A DNA stretch of 64,000 nt from Phyllobates terribilis. Taxonomy: Eukaryota. The translations under genes were made by a program, and so were the position numbers. The notes under the pieces are model-generated. The model did not search any database. It saw only the letters and a program-made list of their open reading frames with translations, and had not been told where the DNA came from. Shown here piece after piece: positions 1 through 14,306 of this stretch; position 1 is the first letter of the stretch, and every line of letters begins with the position of its first letter. The DNA lies in NCBI RefSeq assembly GCF_046119375.1, contig NW_027362764.1, positions 806,992,001-807,056,000 on the forward strand, in the 5' to 3' direction.

Positions 1-3000
1 TTATCTGTGGTGTTACATGGGACTGCGGGTGACATCTACTACATTATCTGTACTCAGAGTTATCACTGTGTTATCTGTGGTGTTACATAGGACTGCAGGT
101 GACATCTACTACATTATCTGTACTCAGAGAGTTATCACTGTGTTATCTGTGTGTGTTACATAGGACTGCAGGTGACATCTACTACATTATCTGTACTCAG
201 AGAGATATCACTGTGTTATCTGTGGTGTTACATAGGACTGCAGGTGACACCTACTACATTATCTGTACTCAGAGAGTTATCACTGTGTTATCTGTGGTGT
301 TACATAGGACTGCAGGTGACATCTACTACATTATCTGTACTCAGAGAGTTATCACTGTGTTATCTGTGGTGTTACATAGGACTGCAGGTGACATCTACTA
401 CATTATCTGTACTCAGAGAGATATCACTGTGTTATCTGTGGTGTTACATGGGACTGCAGGTGACATCTACTACATTATCTGTACTCAGAGAGTTATCACT
501 GTGTTATCGGTGGTGTTACATGGGACTGCAGGTGACATATACTACATTATCTGTACTCAGAGAGTGATCACTGTGTTATCTGTGCTGTTACATAGGACTG
601 CAGGTGACATCTACTACATTATCTGTACTCAGAGAGTGATCACTGTGTTATCTGTGGTGTTACATAGGACTGCAGTTGACATCTACTACATTATCTGTAC
701 TCAGAGAGTGATCACTGTGTTATCTGTGCTGTTACATAGGACTGCAGGTGACATCTACTACATTATCTGTACTCAGAGAGTTATCACCGTGTTATCTGTG
801 GTGTTACATAGGACTGCAGGTGACATCTACTACATTATCTGTACTCAGAGAGTTATCACTGTGTTATCTGTGGTGTTACATAGGACTGCAGGTGACATCT
901 ACTACATTATCTGTACTCAGAGAGATATCACTGTGTTATCTGTGGTGTTACATGGGACTGCAGGTGACATCTACTACATTATCTGTACTCAGAGAGTTAT
1001 CACTGTGTTATCTGTGGTGTTACATGGGACTGCAGGTGACATATACTACATTATCTGTACTCAGAGAGTGATCACTGTGTTATCTGTGCTGTTACATAGG
1101 ACTGCAGGTGACATCTACTACATTATCTGTACTCAGAGAGTGATCACTGTGTTATCTGTGGTGTTACATAGGACTGCAGGTGACATCTACTACATTATCT
1201 GTACTCAGAGAGTGATCACTGTGTTATCTGTGCTGTTACATAGGACTGCAGGTGACATCCACTACATTATCTGTACTCAGAGAGTTATCACTGTGTTATC
1301 TGTGGTGTTACATAGGACTGCAGGTGACATCTACTACATTATCTGTACTCAGAGAGATATCACTGTGTTATCTGTGGTGTTACATAGGACTGCAGGTGAC
1401 ATCTACTACATTATCTGTACTCAGAGAGTTATCACTGTGTTATCTGTGGTGTTACATGGGACTGCGGGTGACATCTACTACATTATCTGTACTCAGAGAG
1501 TTATCACTGTGTTATCTGTGTGTGTTACATAGGACTGCAGGTGACATCTACTACATTATCTGTACTCAGAGAGGTATCACTGTGTTATCTGTGGTGTTAC
1601 ATAGGACTGCAGGTGACATCTACTACATTATCTGTACTCAGAGAGTTATCACTGTGTTATCTGTGGTGTTACATAGGACTGCAGGTGACATCTACTACAT
1701 TATCTGTACTCAGAGAGTTATCACTGTGTTATCTGTGGTGTTACATAGGACTGCGGGTGACACCTACTACATTATCTGTACTCAGAGAGATATCACTGTG
1801 TTATCTGTGGTGTTACATAGGACTGCAGGTGACACCTACTACATTATCTGTACTCAGAGAGTTATCACTGTGTTATCTGTGGTGTTACATAGGACTGCAG
1901 GTGACATCTACTACATTATCTGTACTCAGAGAGGTATCACTGTGTTATCTGTGGTGTTACATGGGACTGCAGGTGACATCTACTACATTATCTGTACTCA
2001 GAGAGTTATCACTGTGTTATCTGTGGTGTTACATAGGACTGCAGGTGACATCTACTACATTATCTGTACTCAGAGAGTTATCACTGTGTTATCTGTGGTG
2101 TTACATAGGACTGCTGGTGACACCTACTACATTATCTGTACTCAGAGAGATATCACTGTGTTATCTGTGGTGTTACATAGGACTGCAGGTGACACCTACT
2201 ACATTATCTGTACTCAGAGAGTTATCACTGTGTTATCTGTGGTGTTACATAGGACTGCAGGTGACATCTACTACATTATCTGTACTCAGAGAGTTATCAC
2301 TGTGTTATCTGTGGTGTTACATAGGACTGCAGGTGACACCTACTACATTATCTGTACTCAGAGAGTTATCACTGTGTTATCTGTGGTGTTACATGGGACT
2401 GCAGGTGACATATACTACATTATCTGTACTCAGAGAGTGATCACTGTGTTATCTGTGGTGTTACATAGGACTGCAGGTGACACCTACTACGTTATCTGTA
2501 CTCAGAGAGTTATCACTGTGTTATCTGTGGTGTTACATGGGACTGCAGGTGACATATACTACATTATCTGTACTCAGAGAGTGATCACTGTGTTATCTGT
2601 GCTGTTACATAGGACTGCAGGTGACATCTACTACATTATCTGTACTCAGAGAGTAATCACTGTGTTATCTGTGGTGTTACATAGGACTGCAGGTGACATC
2701 TACTACATTATCTGTACTCAGAGAGTTATCACTGTGTTATCTGTGGTGTTACATAGGACTGCAGGTGACATCTACTACATTATCTGTACTCAGAGAGTTA
2801 TCACTGTGTTATCTGTGGTGTTACATAGGACTGCAGGTGACATCTACTACATTATCTGTACTCAGAGAGTTATCACTGTGTAATCTGTGGTGTTACATAG
2901 GACTGCAGGTGACATCTACTACATTATCTGTACTCAGAGAGTGATCACTGTGTTATCTGTGGTGTTACATAGGACTGCAGGTGACATCTACTACATTATC

Positions 3001-6000
3001 TGTACTCAGAGAGTTATCACTGTGTTATCTGTGGTGTTACATAGGACTGCAGGTGACATCTACTACATTATCTGTACTCAGAGTTATCACTGTGTTATCT
3101 GTGGTGTTACATGGGACTGCAGGTGACATCTACTACATTATCTGTACTCAGAGTTATCACTGTGTTATCTGTGTGTGTTACATAGGACTGCAGGTGACAT
3201 CTACTACATTATCTGTACTCAGAGTTATCACTGTGTTATCTGTGGTGTTACATGGGACTGCGGGTGACATCTACTACATTATCTGTACTCAGAGAGTTAT
3301 CACTGTGTTATCTGTGGTGTTACATAGGACTGCAGGTGACATCTACTACATTATCTGTACTCAGAGAGTTATCACTGTGTTATCTGTGGTGTTACATAGG
3401 ACTGCAGGTGACATCTACTACATTATCTGTACTCAGAGTTATCACTGTGTTATCTGTGGTGTTACATGGGACTGCGGGTGACATCTACTACATTATCTGT
3501 ACTCAGAGAGTTATCACTGTGTTATCTGTGTGTGTTACATAGGACTGCAGGTGACATCTACTACATTATCTGTACTCAGAGAGATATCACTGTGTTATCT
3601 GTGGTGTTACATAGGACTGCAGGTGACATCTACTACATTATCTGTACTCAGAGAGTTATCACTGTGTTATCTGTGGTGTTACATGGGACTGCGGGTGACA
3701 TCTACTACATTATCTGTACTCAGAGAGTTATCACTGTGTTATCTGTGTGTGTTACATAGGACTGCAGGTGACATCTACTACATTATCTGTACTCAGAGAG
3801 TTATCACTGTGTTATCTGTGGTGTTACATAGGACTGCAGGTGACATCTACTACATTATCTGTACTCAGAGAGCTATCACTCTGTTATCTGTGGTGTTACA
3901 TAGGACTGCAGGTGACATCTACTACATTATCTGTACTCAGAGAGCTATCACTGTGTTATCTGTGGTGTTACATAGGACTGCGGGTGACACCTACTACATT
4001 ATCTGTACTCAGAGAGATATCACTGTGTTATCTGTGGTGTTACATAGGACTGCAGGTGACACCTACTACATTATCTGTACTCAGAGAGTTATCACTGTGA
4101 TATCTGTGGTGTTACATAGGACTGCAGGTGACATCTACTACATTATCTGTACTCAGAGAGTTATCACTGTGTTATCTGTGGTGTTACATAGGACTGCAGG
4201 TGACATCTACTACATTATCTGTACTCAGAGAGATATCACTGTGTTATCTGTGGTGTTACATGGGACTGCAGGTGACATCTACTACATTATCTGTACTCAG
4301 AGAGTTATCACTGTGTTATCTGTGGTGTTACATGGGACTGCAGGTGACATATACTACATTATCTGTACTCAGAGAGTGATCACTGTGTTATCTGTGCTGT
4401 TACATAGGACTGCAGGTGACATCTACTACATTATCTGTACTCAGAGAGTGATCACTGTGTTATCTGTGGTGTTACATAGGACTGCAGGTGACATCTACTA
4501 CATTATCTGTACTCAGAGAGTTATCACTGTTATCTGTGGTGTTACATAGGACTGCAGGTGACATCTACTACGTTATCTGTACTCAGAGAGTTATCACTGT
4601 GTTATCTGTGGTGTTACATAGGACTGCAGGTGACACCTACTACATTATCTGTACTCAGAGTGTCATCACTGTGTTATCTGTGGTGTTACATAGGACTGCA
4701 GGTGACATCTACTACATTATCTGTACTCAGAGAGTTATCACTGTGTTATCTGTGGTGTTACATAGGACTGCAGGTGACATCTACTACATTATCTGTACTC
4801 AGAGAGTTATCACTGTGTTATCTGTGGTGTTACATAGGACTGCAGGTGACATCTACTACATTATCTGTATTCAGAGAGTTATCACTGTGTTATTACATAG
4901 GACTGCAGGTGACATCTACTACATTATCTGTACTCAGAGAGTTATCACTGTGTTATCTGTGGTGTTACATAGGACTGCAGGTGACATCTACTACATTATC
5001 TGTACTCAGAGAGATATCACTGTGTTATCTGTGGTGTTACATAGGACTGCAGGTGACATCTACTACATTATCTGTACTCAGAGAGTTATCACTGTGTTAT
5101 CTGTGGTGTTACATAGGACTGCAGGAGACATCTACTACATTATCTGTACTCAGAGAGTTATCACTGTGTTATCTGTGGTGTTACATAGGACTGCAGGTGA
5201 CATCTACTACATTATCTGTACTCAGAGTTATCACTGTGTTATCTGTGGTGTTACATAGGACTGCAGGTGACACCTACTACATTATCTGTACTCAGAGAGT
5301 TATCACTGTGTTATCTGTGGTGTTACATAGGACTGCAGGTGACATCTACTACATTATCTGTACTCAGAGAGTTATCACTGTGTTATCTGTAGTGTTACAT
5401 AGGACTGCAGGTGACATCTACTACATTATCTGTACTCAGAGAGTTATCACTGTGTTATCTGTGGTGTTACATAGGACTGCAGGTGTCATCTACTACATTA
5501 TCTGTACTCAGAGAGTTATCACTGTGTTATCTGTGGTGTTACATGGGACTGCAGGTGACATCTACTACATTATCTGTACTCAGAGTTATCACTGTGTTAT
5601 CTGTGGTGTTACATGGGACTGCGGGTGACATCTACTACATTATCTGTACTCAGAGAGTTATCACTGTGTTATCTGTGGTGTTACATAGGACTGCAGGTGA
5701 CATCTACTACATTATCTGTACTCAGAGAGTTATCACTGTGTTATCTGTGGTGTTACATAGGACTGCAGGTGACATCTACTACATTATCTGTACTCAGAGT
5801 TATCACTGTGTTATCTGTGGTGTTACATGGGACTGCGGGTGACATCTACTACATTATCTGTACTCAGAGAGTTATCACTGTGTTATCTGTGTGTGTTACA
5901 TAGGACTGCAGGTGACATCTACTACATTATCTGTACTCAGAGAGATATCACTGTGTTATCTGTGGTGTTACATAGGACTGCAGGTGACATCTACTACATT

Positions 6001-9000
6001 ATCTGTACTCAGAGAGTTATCACTGTGTTATCTGTGGTGTTACATGGGACTGCGGGTGACATCTACTACATTATCTGTACTCAGAGAGTTATCACTGTGT
6101 TATCTGTGTGTGTTACATAGGACTGCAGGTGACATCTACTACATTATCTGTACTCAGAGAGTTATCACTGTGTTATCTGTGTGTGTTACATAGGACTGCA
6201 GGTGACATCTACTACATTATCTGTACTCAGAGAGTCATCACTGTGTTATCTGTGGTGTTACATAGGACTGCAGGTGACATCTACTACATTATCTGTACTC
6301 AGAGAGCTATCACTGTGTTATCTGTGGTGTTACATAGGACTGCGGGTGATACCTACTACATTATCTGTACTCAGAGAGATATCACTGTGTTATCTGTGGT
6401 GTTACATAGGACTGCAGGTGACACCTACTACATTATCTGTACTCAGAGAGTTATCACTGTGATATCTGTGGTGTTACATAGGACTGCAGGTGACATCTAC
6501 TACATTATCTGTACTCAGAGAGTTATCACTGTGTTATCTGTGGTGTTACATAGGACTGCAGGTGACATCTACTACATTATCTGTACTCAGAGAGATATCA
6601 CTGTGTTATCTGTGGTGTTACATGGGACTGCAGGTGACATCTACTACATTATCTGTACTCAGAGAGTTATCACTGTGTTATCTGTGGTGTTACATGGGAC
6701 TACAGGTGACATATACTACATTATCTGTACTCAGAGAGTGATCACTGTGTTATCTGTGCTGTTACATAGGACTGCAGGTGACATCTACTACATTATCTGT
6801 ACTCAGAGAGTGATCACTGTGTTATCTGTGGTGTTACATAGGACTGCAGGTGACATCTACTACATTATCTGTACTCAGAGAGTTATCACTGTGCTATCTG
6901 TGGTGTTACATAGGACTGCGGGTGACATCTACTACATTATCTGTACTCAGAGAGTTATCACTGTGTTATCTGTGGTGTTACATAGGACTGCAGGTGACAC
7001 CTACTACATTATCTGTACTCAGAGTGTCATCACTGTGTTATCTGTGGTGTTACATAGGACTGCAGGTGACATCTACTACATTATCTGTACTCAGAGAGTT
7101 ATCACTGTGCTATCTGTGGTGTTACATAGGACTGCGGGTGACATCTACTACATTATCTGTACTCAGAGAGTTATCACTGTGTTATCTGTGGTGTTACATA
7201 GGACTGCAGGTGACATCTACTACATTATCTGTATTCAGAGAGTTATCACTGTGTTATTACATAGGACTGCAGGTGACATCTACTACATTATCTGTACTCA
7301 GAGAGTTATCACTGTGTTATCTGTGGTGTTACATAGGACTGCAGGTGACATCTACTACATTATCTGTACTCAGAGAGTTATCACTGTGTTATCTGTGGTG
7401 TTACATAGGACTGCAGGTGACATCTACTACATTATCTGTACTCAGAGTTATCACTGTGTTATCTGTGGTGTTACATGGGACTGCGGGTGACATCTACTAC
7501 ATTATCTGTACTCAGAGAGTTATCACTGTGTTATCTGTGTGTGTTACATAGGACTGCAGGTGACATCTACTACATTATCTGTACTCAGAGAGATATCACT
7601 GTGTTATCTGTGGTGTTACATAGGACTGCAGGTGACATCTACTACATTATCTGTACTCAGAGAGTTATCACTGTGTTATCTGTGGTGTTACATGGGACTG
7701 CGGGTGACATCTACTACATTATCTGTACTCAGAGAGTTATCACTGTGTTATCTGTGTGTGTTACATAGGACTGCAGGTGACATCTACTACATTATCTGTA
7801 CTCAGAGAGTTATCACTGTGTTATCTGTGTGTGTTACATAGGACTGCAGGTGACATCTACTACATTATCTGTACTCAGAGAGTCATCACTGTGTTATCTG
7901 TGGTGTTACATAGGACTGCAGGTGACATCTACTACATTATCTGTACTCAGAGAGCTATCACTGTGTTATCTGTGGTGTTACATAGGACTGCGGGTGATAC
8001 CTACTACATTATCTGTACTCAGAGAGATATCACTGTGTTATCTGTGGTGTTACATAGGACTGCAGGTGACACCTACTACATTATCTGTACTCAGAGAGTT
8101 ATCACTGTGATATCTGTGGTGTTACATAGGACTGCAGGTGACATCTACTACATTATCTGTACTCAGAGAGTTATCACTGTGTTATCTGTGGTGTTACATA
8201 GGACTGCAGGTGACATCTACTACATTATCTGTACTCAGAGAGATATCACTGTGTTATCTGTGGTGTTACATGGGACTGCAGGTGACATCTACTACATTAT
8301 CTGTACTCAGAGAGTTATCACTGTGCTATCTGTGGTGTTACATAGGACTGCGGGTGACATCTACTACATTATCTGTACTCAGAGAGTTATCACTGTGTTA
8401 TCTGTGGTGTTACATAGGACTGCAGGTGACACCTACTACATTATCTGTACTCAGAGTGTCATCACTGTGTTATCTGTGGTGTTACATAGGACTGCAGGTA
8501 ACATCTACTACATTATCTGTACTCAGAGAGTGATCACTGTGTTATCTGTGGTGTTACATAGGACTGCAGGTGACATCTACTACATTATCTGTACTCAGAG
8601 AGTGATCACTGTGTTATCTGTGGTGTTACATAGGACTGCAGGTGACATCTACTACATTATCTGTACTCAGAGAGTTATCACTGTGCTATCTGTGGTGTTA
8701 CATAGGACTGCGGGTGACATCTACTACATTATCTGTACTCAGAGAGTTATCACTGTGTTATCTGTGGTGTTACATAGGACTGCAGGTGACACCTACTACA
8801 TTATCTGTACTCAGAGTGTCATCACTGTGTTATCTGTGGTGTTACATAGGACTGCAGGTGACATCTACTACATTATCTGTACTCAGAGAGTTATCACTGT
8901 GCTATCTGTGGTGTTACATAGGACTGCGGGTGACATCTACTACATTATCTGTACTCAGAGAGTTATCACTGTGTTATCTGTGGTGTTACATAGGACTGCA

Positions 9001-12000
9001 GGTGACATCTACTACATTATCTGTATTCAGAGAGTTATCACTGTGTTATTACATAGGACTGCAGGTGACATCTACTACATTATCTGTACTCAGAGAGTTA
9101 TCACTGTGTTATCTGTGGTGTTACATAGGACTGCAGGTGACATCTACTACATTATCTGTACTCAGAGAGATATCACTGTGTTATCTGTGGTGTTACATAG
9201 GACTGCAGGTGACATCTACTACATTATCTGTACTCAGAGAGTTATCACTGTGTTATCTGTGGTGTTACATAGGACTGCAGGTGACATCTACTACATTATC
9301 TGTACTCAGAGTTATCACTGTGTTATCTGTGGTGTTACATAGGACTGCAGGTGACATCTACTACATTATCTGTACTCAGAGAGTTATCACTGTGTTATCT
9401 GTGGTGTTACATAGGACTGCAGGTGACATCTACTACATTATCTGTACTCAGAGTTATCACTGTGTTATCTGTGGTGTTACATAGGACTGCAGGTGACATC
9501 TACTACATTATCTGTACTCAGAGAGTTATCACTGTGTTATCTGTGGTGTTACATAGGACTGCAGGTGACATCTACTACATTATCTGTACTCAGAGAGTTA
9601 TCACTGTGTTATCTGTGGTGTTACATAGGACTGCAGGTGACATCTACTACATTATCTGTACTCAGAGAGCTATCACTGTGTTATCTGTGGTGTTACATAG
9701 GACTGCGGGTGATACCTACTACATTATCTGTACTCAGAGAGATATCACTGTGTTATCTGTGGTGTTACATAGGACTGCAGGTGACACCTACTACATTATC
9801 TGTACTCAGAGAGTTATCACTGTGATATCTGTGGTGTTACATAGGACTGCAGGTGACACCTACTACATTATCTGTACTCAGAGTGTCATCACTGTGTTAT
9901 CTGTGGTGTTACATAGGACTGCAGGTGACATCTACTACATTATCTGTACTCAGAGAGTTATCACTGTGTTATCTGTGGTGTTACATAGGACTGCAGGTGA
10001 CATCTACTACATTATCTGTACTCAGAGTTATCACTGTGTTATCTGTGGTGTTACATAGGACTGCAGGTGACATCTACTACATTATCTGTACTCAGAGAGT
10101 TATCACTGTGTTATCTGTGGTGTTACATAGGACTGCAGGTGACATCTACTACATTATCTGTACTCAGAGTTATCACTGTGTTATCTGTGGTGTTACATAG
10201 GACTGCGGGTGATACCTACTACATTATCTGTACTCAGAGAGATATCACTGTGTTATCTGTGGTGTTACATAGGACTGCAGGTGACACCTACTACATTATC
10301 TGTACTCAGAGAGTTATCACTGTGATATCTGTGGTGTTACATAGGACTGCAGGTGACACCTACTACATTATCTGTACTCAGAGTGTCATCACTGTGTTAT
10401 CTGTGGTGTTACATAGGACTGCAGGTGACATCTACTACATTATCTGTACTCAGAGAGTCATCACTGTGTTATCTGTGGTGTTACATAGGACTGCAGGTGA
10501 CATCTACTACATTATCTGTACTCAGAGAGCTATCACTGTGTTATCTGTGGTGTTACATAGGACTGCGGGTGATACCTACTACATTATCTGTACTCAGAGA
10601 GATATCACTGTGTTATCTGTGGTGTTACATAGGACTGCAGGTGACACCTACTACATTATCTGTACTCAGAGAGTTATCACTGTGATATCTGTGGTGTTAC
10701 ATAGGACTGCAGGTGACATCTACTACATTATCTGTACTCAGAGAGTTATCACTGTGTTATCTGTGGTGTTACATAGGACTGCAGGTGACATCTACTACAT
10801 TATCTGTACTCAGAGAGATATCACTGTGTTATCTGTGGTGTTACATGGGACTGCAGGTGACATCTACTACATTATCTGTACTCAGAGAGTTATCACTGTG
10901 TTATCTGTGGTGTTACATGGGACTACAGGTGACATATACTACATTATCTGTACTCAGAGAGTGATCACTGTGTTATCTGTGCTGTTACATAGGACTGCAG
11001 GTGACATCTACTACATTATCTGTACTCAGAGAGTGATCACTGTGTTATCTGTGGTGTTACATAGGACTGCAGGTGACATCTACTACATTATCTGTACTCA
11101 GAGAGTTATCACTGTGCTATCTGTGGTGTTACATAGGACTGCGGGTGACATCTACTACATTATCTGTACTCAGAGAGTTATCACTGTGTTATCTGTGGTG
11201 TTACATAGGACTGCAGGTGACACCTACTACATTATCTGTACTCAGAGTGTCATCACTGTGTTATCTGTGGTGTTACATAGGACTGCAGGTGACATCTACT
11301 ACATTATCTGTACTCAGAGAGTTATCACTGTGCTATCTGTGGTGTTACATAGGACTGCGGGTGACATCTACTACATTATCTGTACTCAGAGAGTTATCAC
11401 TGTGTTATCTGTGGTGTTACATAGGACTGCAGGTGACATCTACTACATTATCTGTATTCAGAGAGTTATCACTGTGTTATTACATAGGACTGCAGGTGAC
11501 ATCTACTACATTATCTGTACTCAGAGAGTTATCACTGTGTTATCTGTGGTGTTACATAGGACTGCAGGTGACATCTACTACATTATCTGTACTCAGAGAG
11601 ATATCACTGTGTTATCTGTGGTGTTACATAGGACTGCAGGTGACATCTACTACATTATCTGTACTCAGAGAGTTATCACTGTGTTATCTGTGGTGTTACA
11701 TAGGACTGCAGGTGACATCTACTACATTATCTGTACTCAGAGTTATCACTGTGTTATCTGTGGTGTTACATAGGACTGCAGGTGACATCTACTACATTAT
11801 CTGTACTCAGAGAGTTATCACTGTGTTATCTGTGGTGTTACATAGGACTGCAGGTGACATCTACTACATTATCTGTACTCAGAGTTATCACTGTGTTATC
11901 TGTGGTGTTACATAGGACTGCAGGTGACATCTACTACATTATCTGTACTCAGAGAGTTATCACTGTGTTATCTGTGGTGTTACATAGGACTGCAGGTGAC

Positions 12001-13297
12001 ATCTACTACATTATCTGTACTCAGAGAGTTATCACTGTGTTATCTGTAGTGTTACATAGGACTGCAGGTGACATCTACTACATTATCTGTACTCAGAGAG
12101 TTATCACTGTGTTATCTGTGGTGTTACATAGGACTGCAGGTGTCATCTACTACATTATCTGTACTCAGAGAGTTATCACTGTGTTATCTGTGGCGTTACA
12201 TGGGACTGCAGGTGACATCTACTACATTATCTGTACTCAGAGAGTTATCACTGTGTTATCTGTAGTGTTACATAGGACTGCAGGTGACATCTACTACATT
12301 ATCTGTACTCAGAGAGTTATCACTGTGTTATCTGTGGTGTTACATAGGACTGCAGGTGTCATCTACTACATTATCTGTACTCAGAGAGTTATCACTGTGT
12401 TATCTGTGGCGTTACATAGGACTGCAGGTGACATCTACTACATTATCTGTACTCAGAGAGTTATCACTGTGTTACCTGTGGTGTTACATAGGACTGCAGG
12501 TGACATCTACTACATTATCTGTACTCAGAAAGTTATCACTGTGTTATCTGTGGTGTTACATAGGACTGCAGGTGACATCTACTACATTATGTGTACTCAG
12601 AGAGTTATCATTGTGTTATCTGTGGTGTTACATAGGACTGCAGGTGACATCTACTACATTATCTGTACTCAGAGAGTTATCACTGTGTTATCTGTGGTGT
12701 TACATAGGACTGCAGGTGACATCTACTACATTATCTGTACTCAGAGAGTTATCACTGTGTTATCTGTGGTGTTACATAGGACTGCTGGTGACATCTGCTA
12801 CATTATCTGTACTCAGAGAGTTATCACTGTGTTATCTGTGGTGTTACATAGGACTGCAGGTGACATCTACTACATTATCTGTACTCAGAGAGTTATCACT
12901 GTGTTATCTGTGGTGTTACATAGGACTGCTGGTGACATCTGCTACATTATCTGTACTCAGAGAGTTATCACTGTGTTATCTGTGGTGTTACATAGGACTG
13001 CAGGTGACATCTACTACATTATCTGTACTCAGAGAGTTATCACTGTGTTATCTGTGGTGTTACATAGGACTGCAGGTGTCATCTACTACATTATCTGTAC
13101 TCAGAGTTATCACTGTGTTATCTGTGGTGTTACATAGGACTGCAGGTGACATCTACTACATTATCTGTACTCAGAGAGTTATCACTGTGTTATCTGTGGT
13201 GTTACATAGGACTGCAGGTGACATCTACTACATTATCTGTACTCAGAGAGTTATCACTGTGTTATCTGTGGTGTTACATGGGACTGCAGGTGACATC
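1..13297 (+). repeat. 72-bp tandem satellite, about 185 copies, continues past the left window edge
   Basis: Monomer TTATCACTGTGTTATCTGTGGTGTTACATAGGACTGCAGGTGACATCTACTACATTATCTGTACTCAGAGAG. Length variants are 70 bp (GA lost), 73 bp (GTGTGT) and 63 bp. The ORF track shows the expected 24-aa periodicity. Clean match ends at GACATC 13297, with degenerate similarity to about 13308. Confidence 0.99.
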
Positions 13298-13659
13298 CAA
13301 TGCATTATAACTTGCTATCTCTCTGGTATGATACATTTTCCTGCATATAAGGGAGTTCAATCGCTTTTTCTTTTATCTCTAACATGAAGAACTGTATTAT
13401 GGTTTAAAGATTCAAGTTGCAGTACCACTTTCTACCACAGCTGGCTGCAAATCTTTCCATTAACACTTATGCAACAGCGCCCCCAGCTCTGTTCTAAAGG
13501 GAATCTGATGCTTTTCTTTGAAAACTAATAACTATGGATGGAGGCTTCACCTAATAATCACACAATCCTCCTCCTGTGTCTCAGGAGGAGCCGCAGAGTA
13601 ATCACTGATCAAATATAAATTCTATGTTCCCTCTAATTGGCCGTATCGTCTTCAGTCTT

Positions 13660-14273
13660 CTCTGTCCCTTATAAATATGATTTAGAAGATAAAGACCCCA
13701 GGAAATCTCCGCTTAGCGCTGGAGATGAGCGGCGCTCAGGCGCCGGCTGCTTGCAGGGTGCGTACAGTGTTCAGGCTGTCGGCTCCTTTATCTGCTGAGA
13801 TGTTGAGTCTGGAATGAGTCGGTGAACAGAGCGATTTCCATGATCAGTGACCCCAGCGCCGACTGACAGCCCCCCGCAATGTGCGCTAATGGCCGGACCA
13901 CCGCGTCCTCTGCGCTCAGTCAAGCAGCGGAAAGTGTCAGCAATCAGTTCTCCTCCGCAGAGCTAAGTCCCCGGATTCCCCGGCGGAGCTGTCAGTCTCT
14001 CCAGCCGCGCAGCGGATCCCCCCGGCCGCACAGCGGATCCCCCCGGCCACGCTGCGGATCCCCCCAGGGATAATCTCCGGGGAAGCTGCAGGTCTCACAC
14101 TTAATGGGTCGCAGAGAAAGAGAATAAATTATTCTGCAAAACCGCGAAGTTACCGGCGAAGCCGCCCAGAGCTGAGGATAAGAGCTGCTAACAAAGACTA
14201 GAGGATAAAGAGACAGCGAGGCCGAGGGTGAGGGAGAGAAAGGGCCGGGAATGAGGTGAACCCAGCTGTAAGT
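13660..14273 (+). promoter_or_regulatory. CpG-rich unique island, candidate promoter or first exon
   Basis: Dense CpG/GC sequence at about 13700-14250 and TATAAAT at about 13669. Consensus splice donor GTAAGT at 14268-14273, directly after the GC-rich stretch. Function is inferred only. Confidence 0.4.
14010..14066 (+). repeat. 21-bp micro-tandem repeat, about 2.7 copies
   Basis: CAGCGGATCCCCCCGGCCGCA / CAGCGGATCCCCCCGGCCACG / CTGCGGATCCCCCC. Confidence 0.85.
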
Positions 14274-14306
14274 ATTTACTAATTCTACAGCACTCATTGC
14301 TATATT

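Noticed and set aside
1-13387. Long ORFs up to 568 aa (HRTAGDIYYIICTQRVITVLSVVL repeats) here and at 46287-64000
   Set aside because: They arise because the 72-bp unit is a multiple of 3 and lacks stops in two frames. Frames switch freely at 70- and 73-bp variants, so there is no sign of coding constraint.
13568-13590. Perfect 9-bp hairpin CTCCTCCTG-tgtct-CAGGAGGAG
   Set aside because: A few stems of this length are expected by chance in a window this size; no U-tract or other RNA features.
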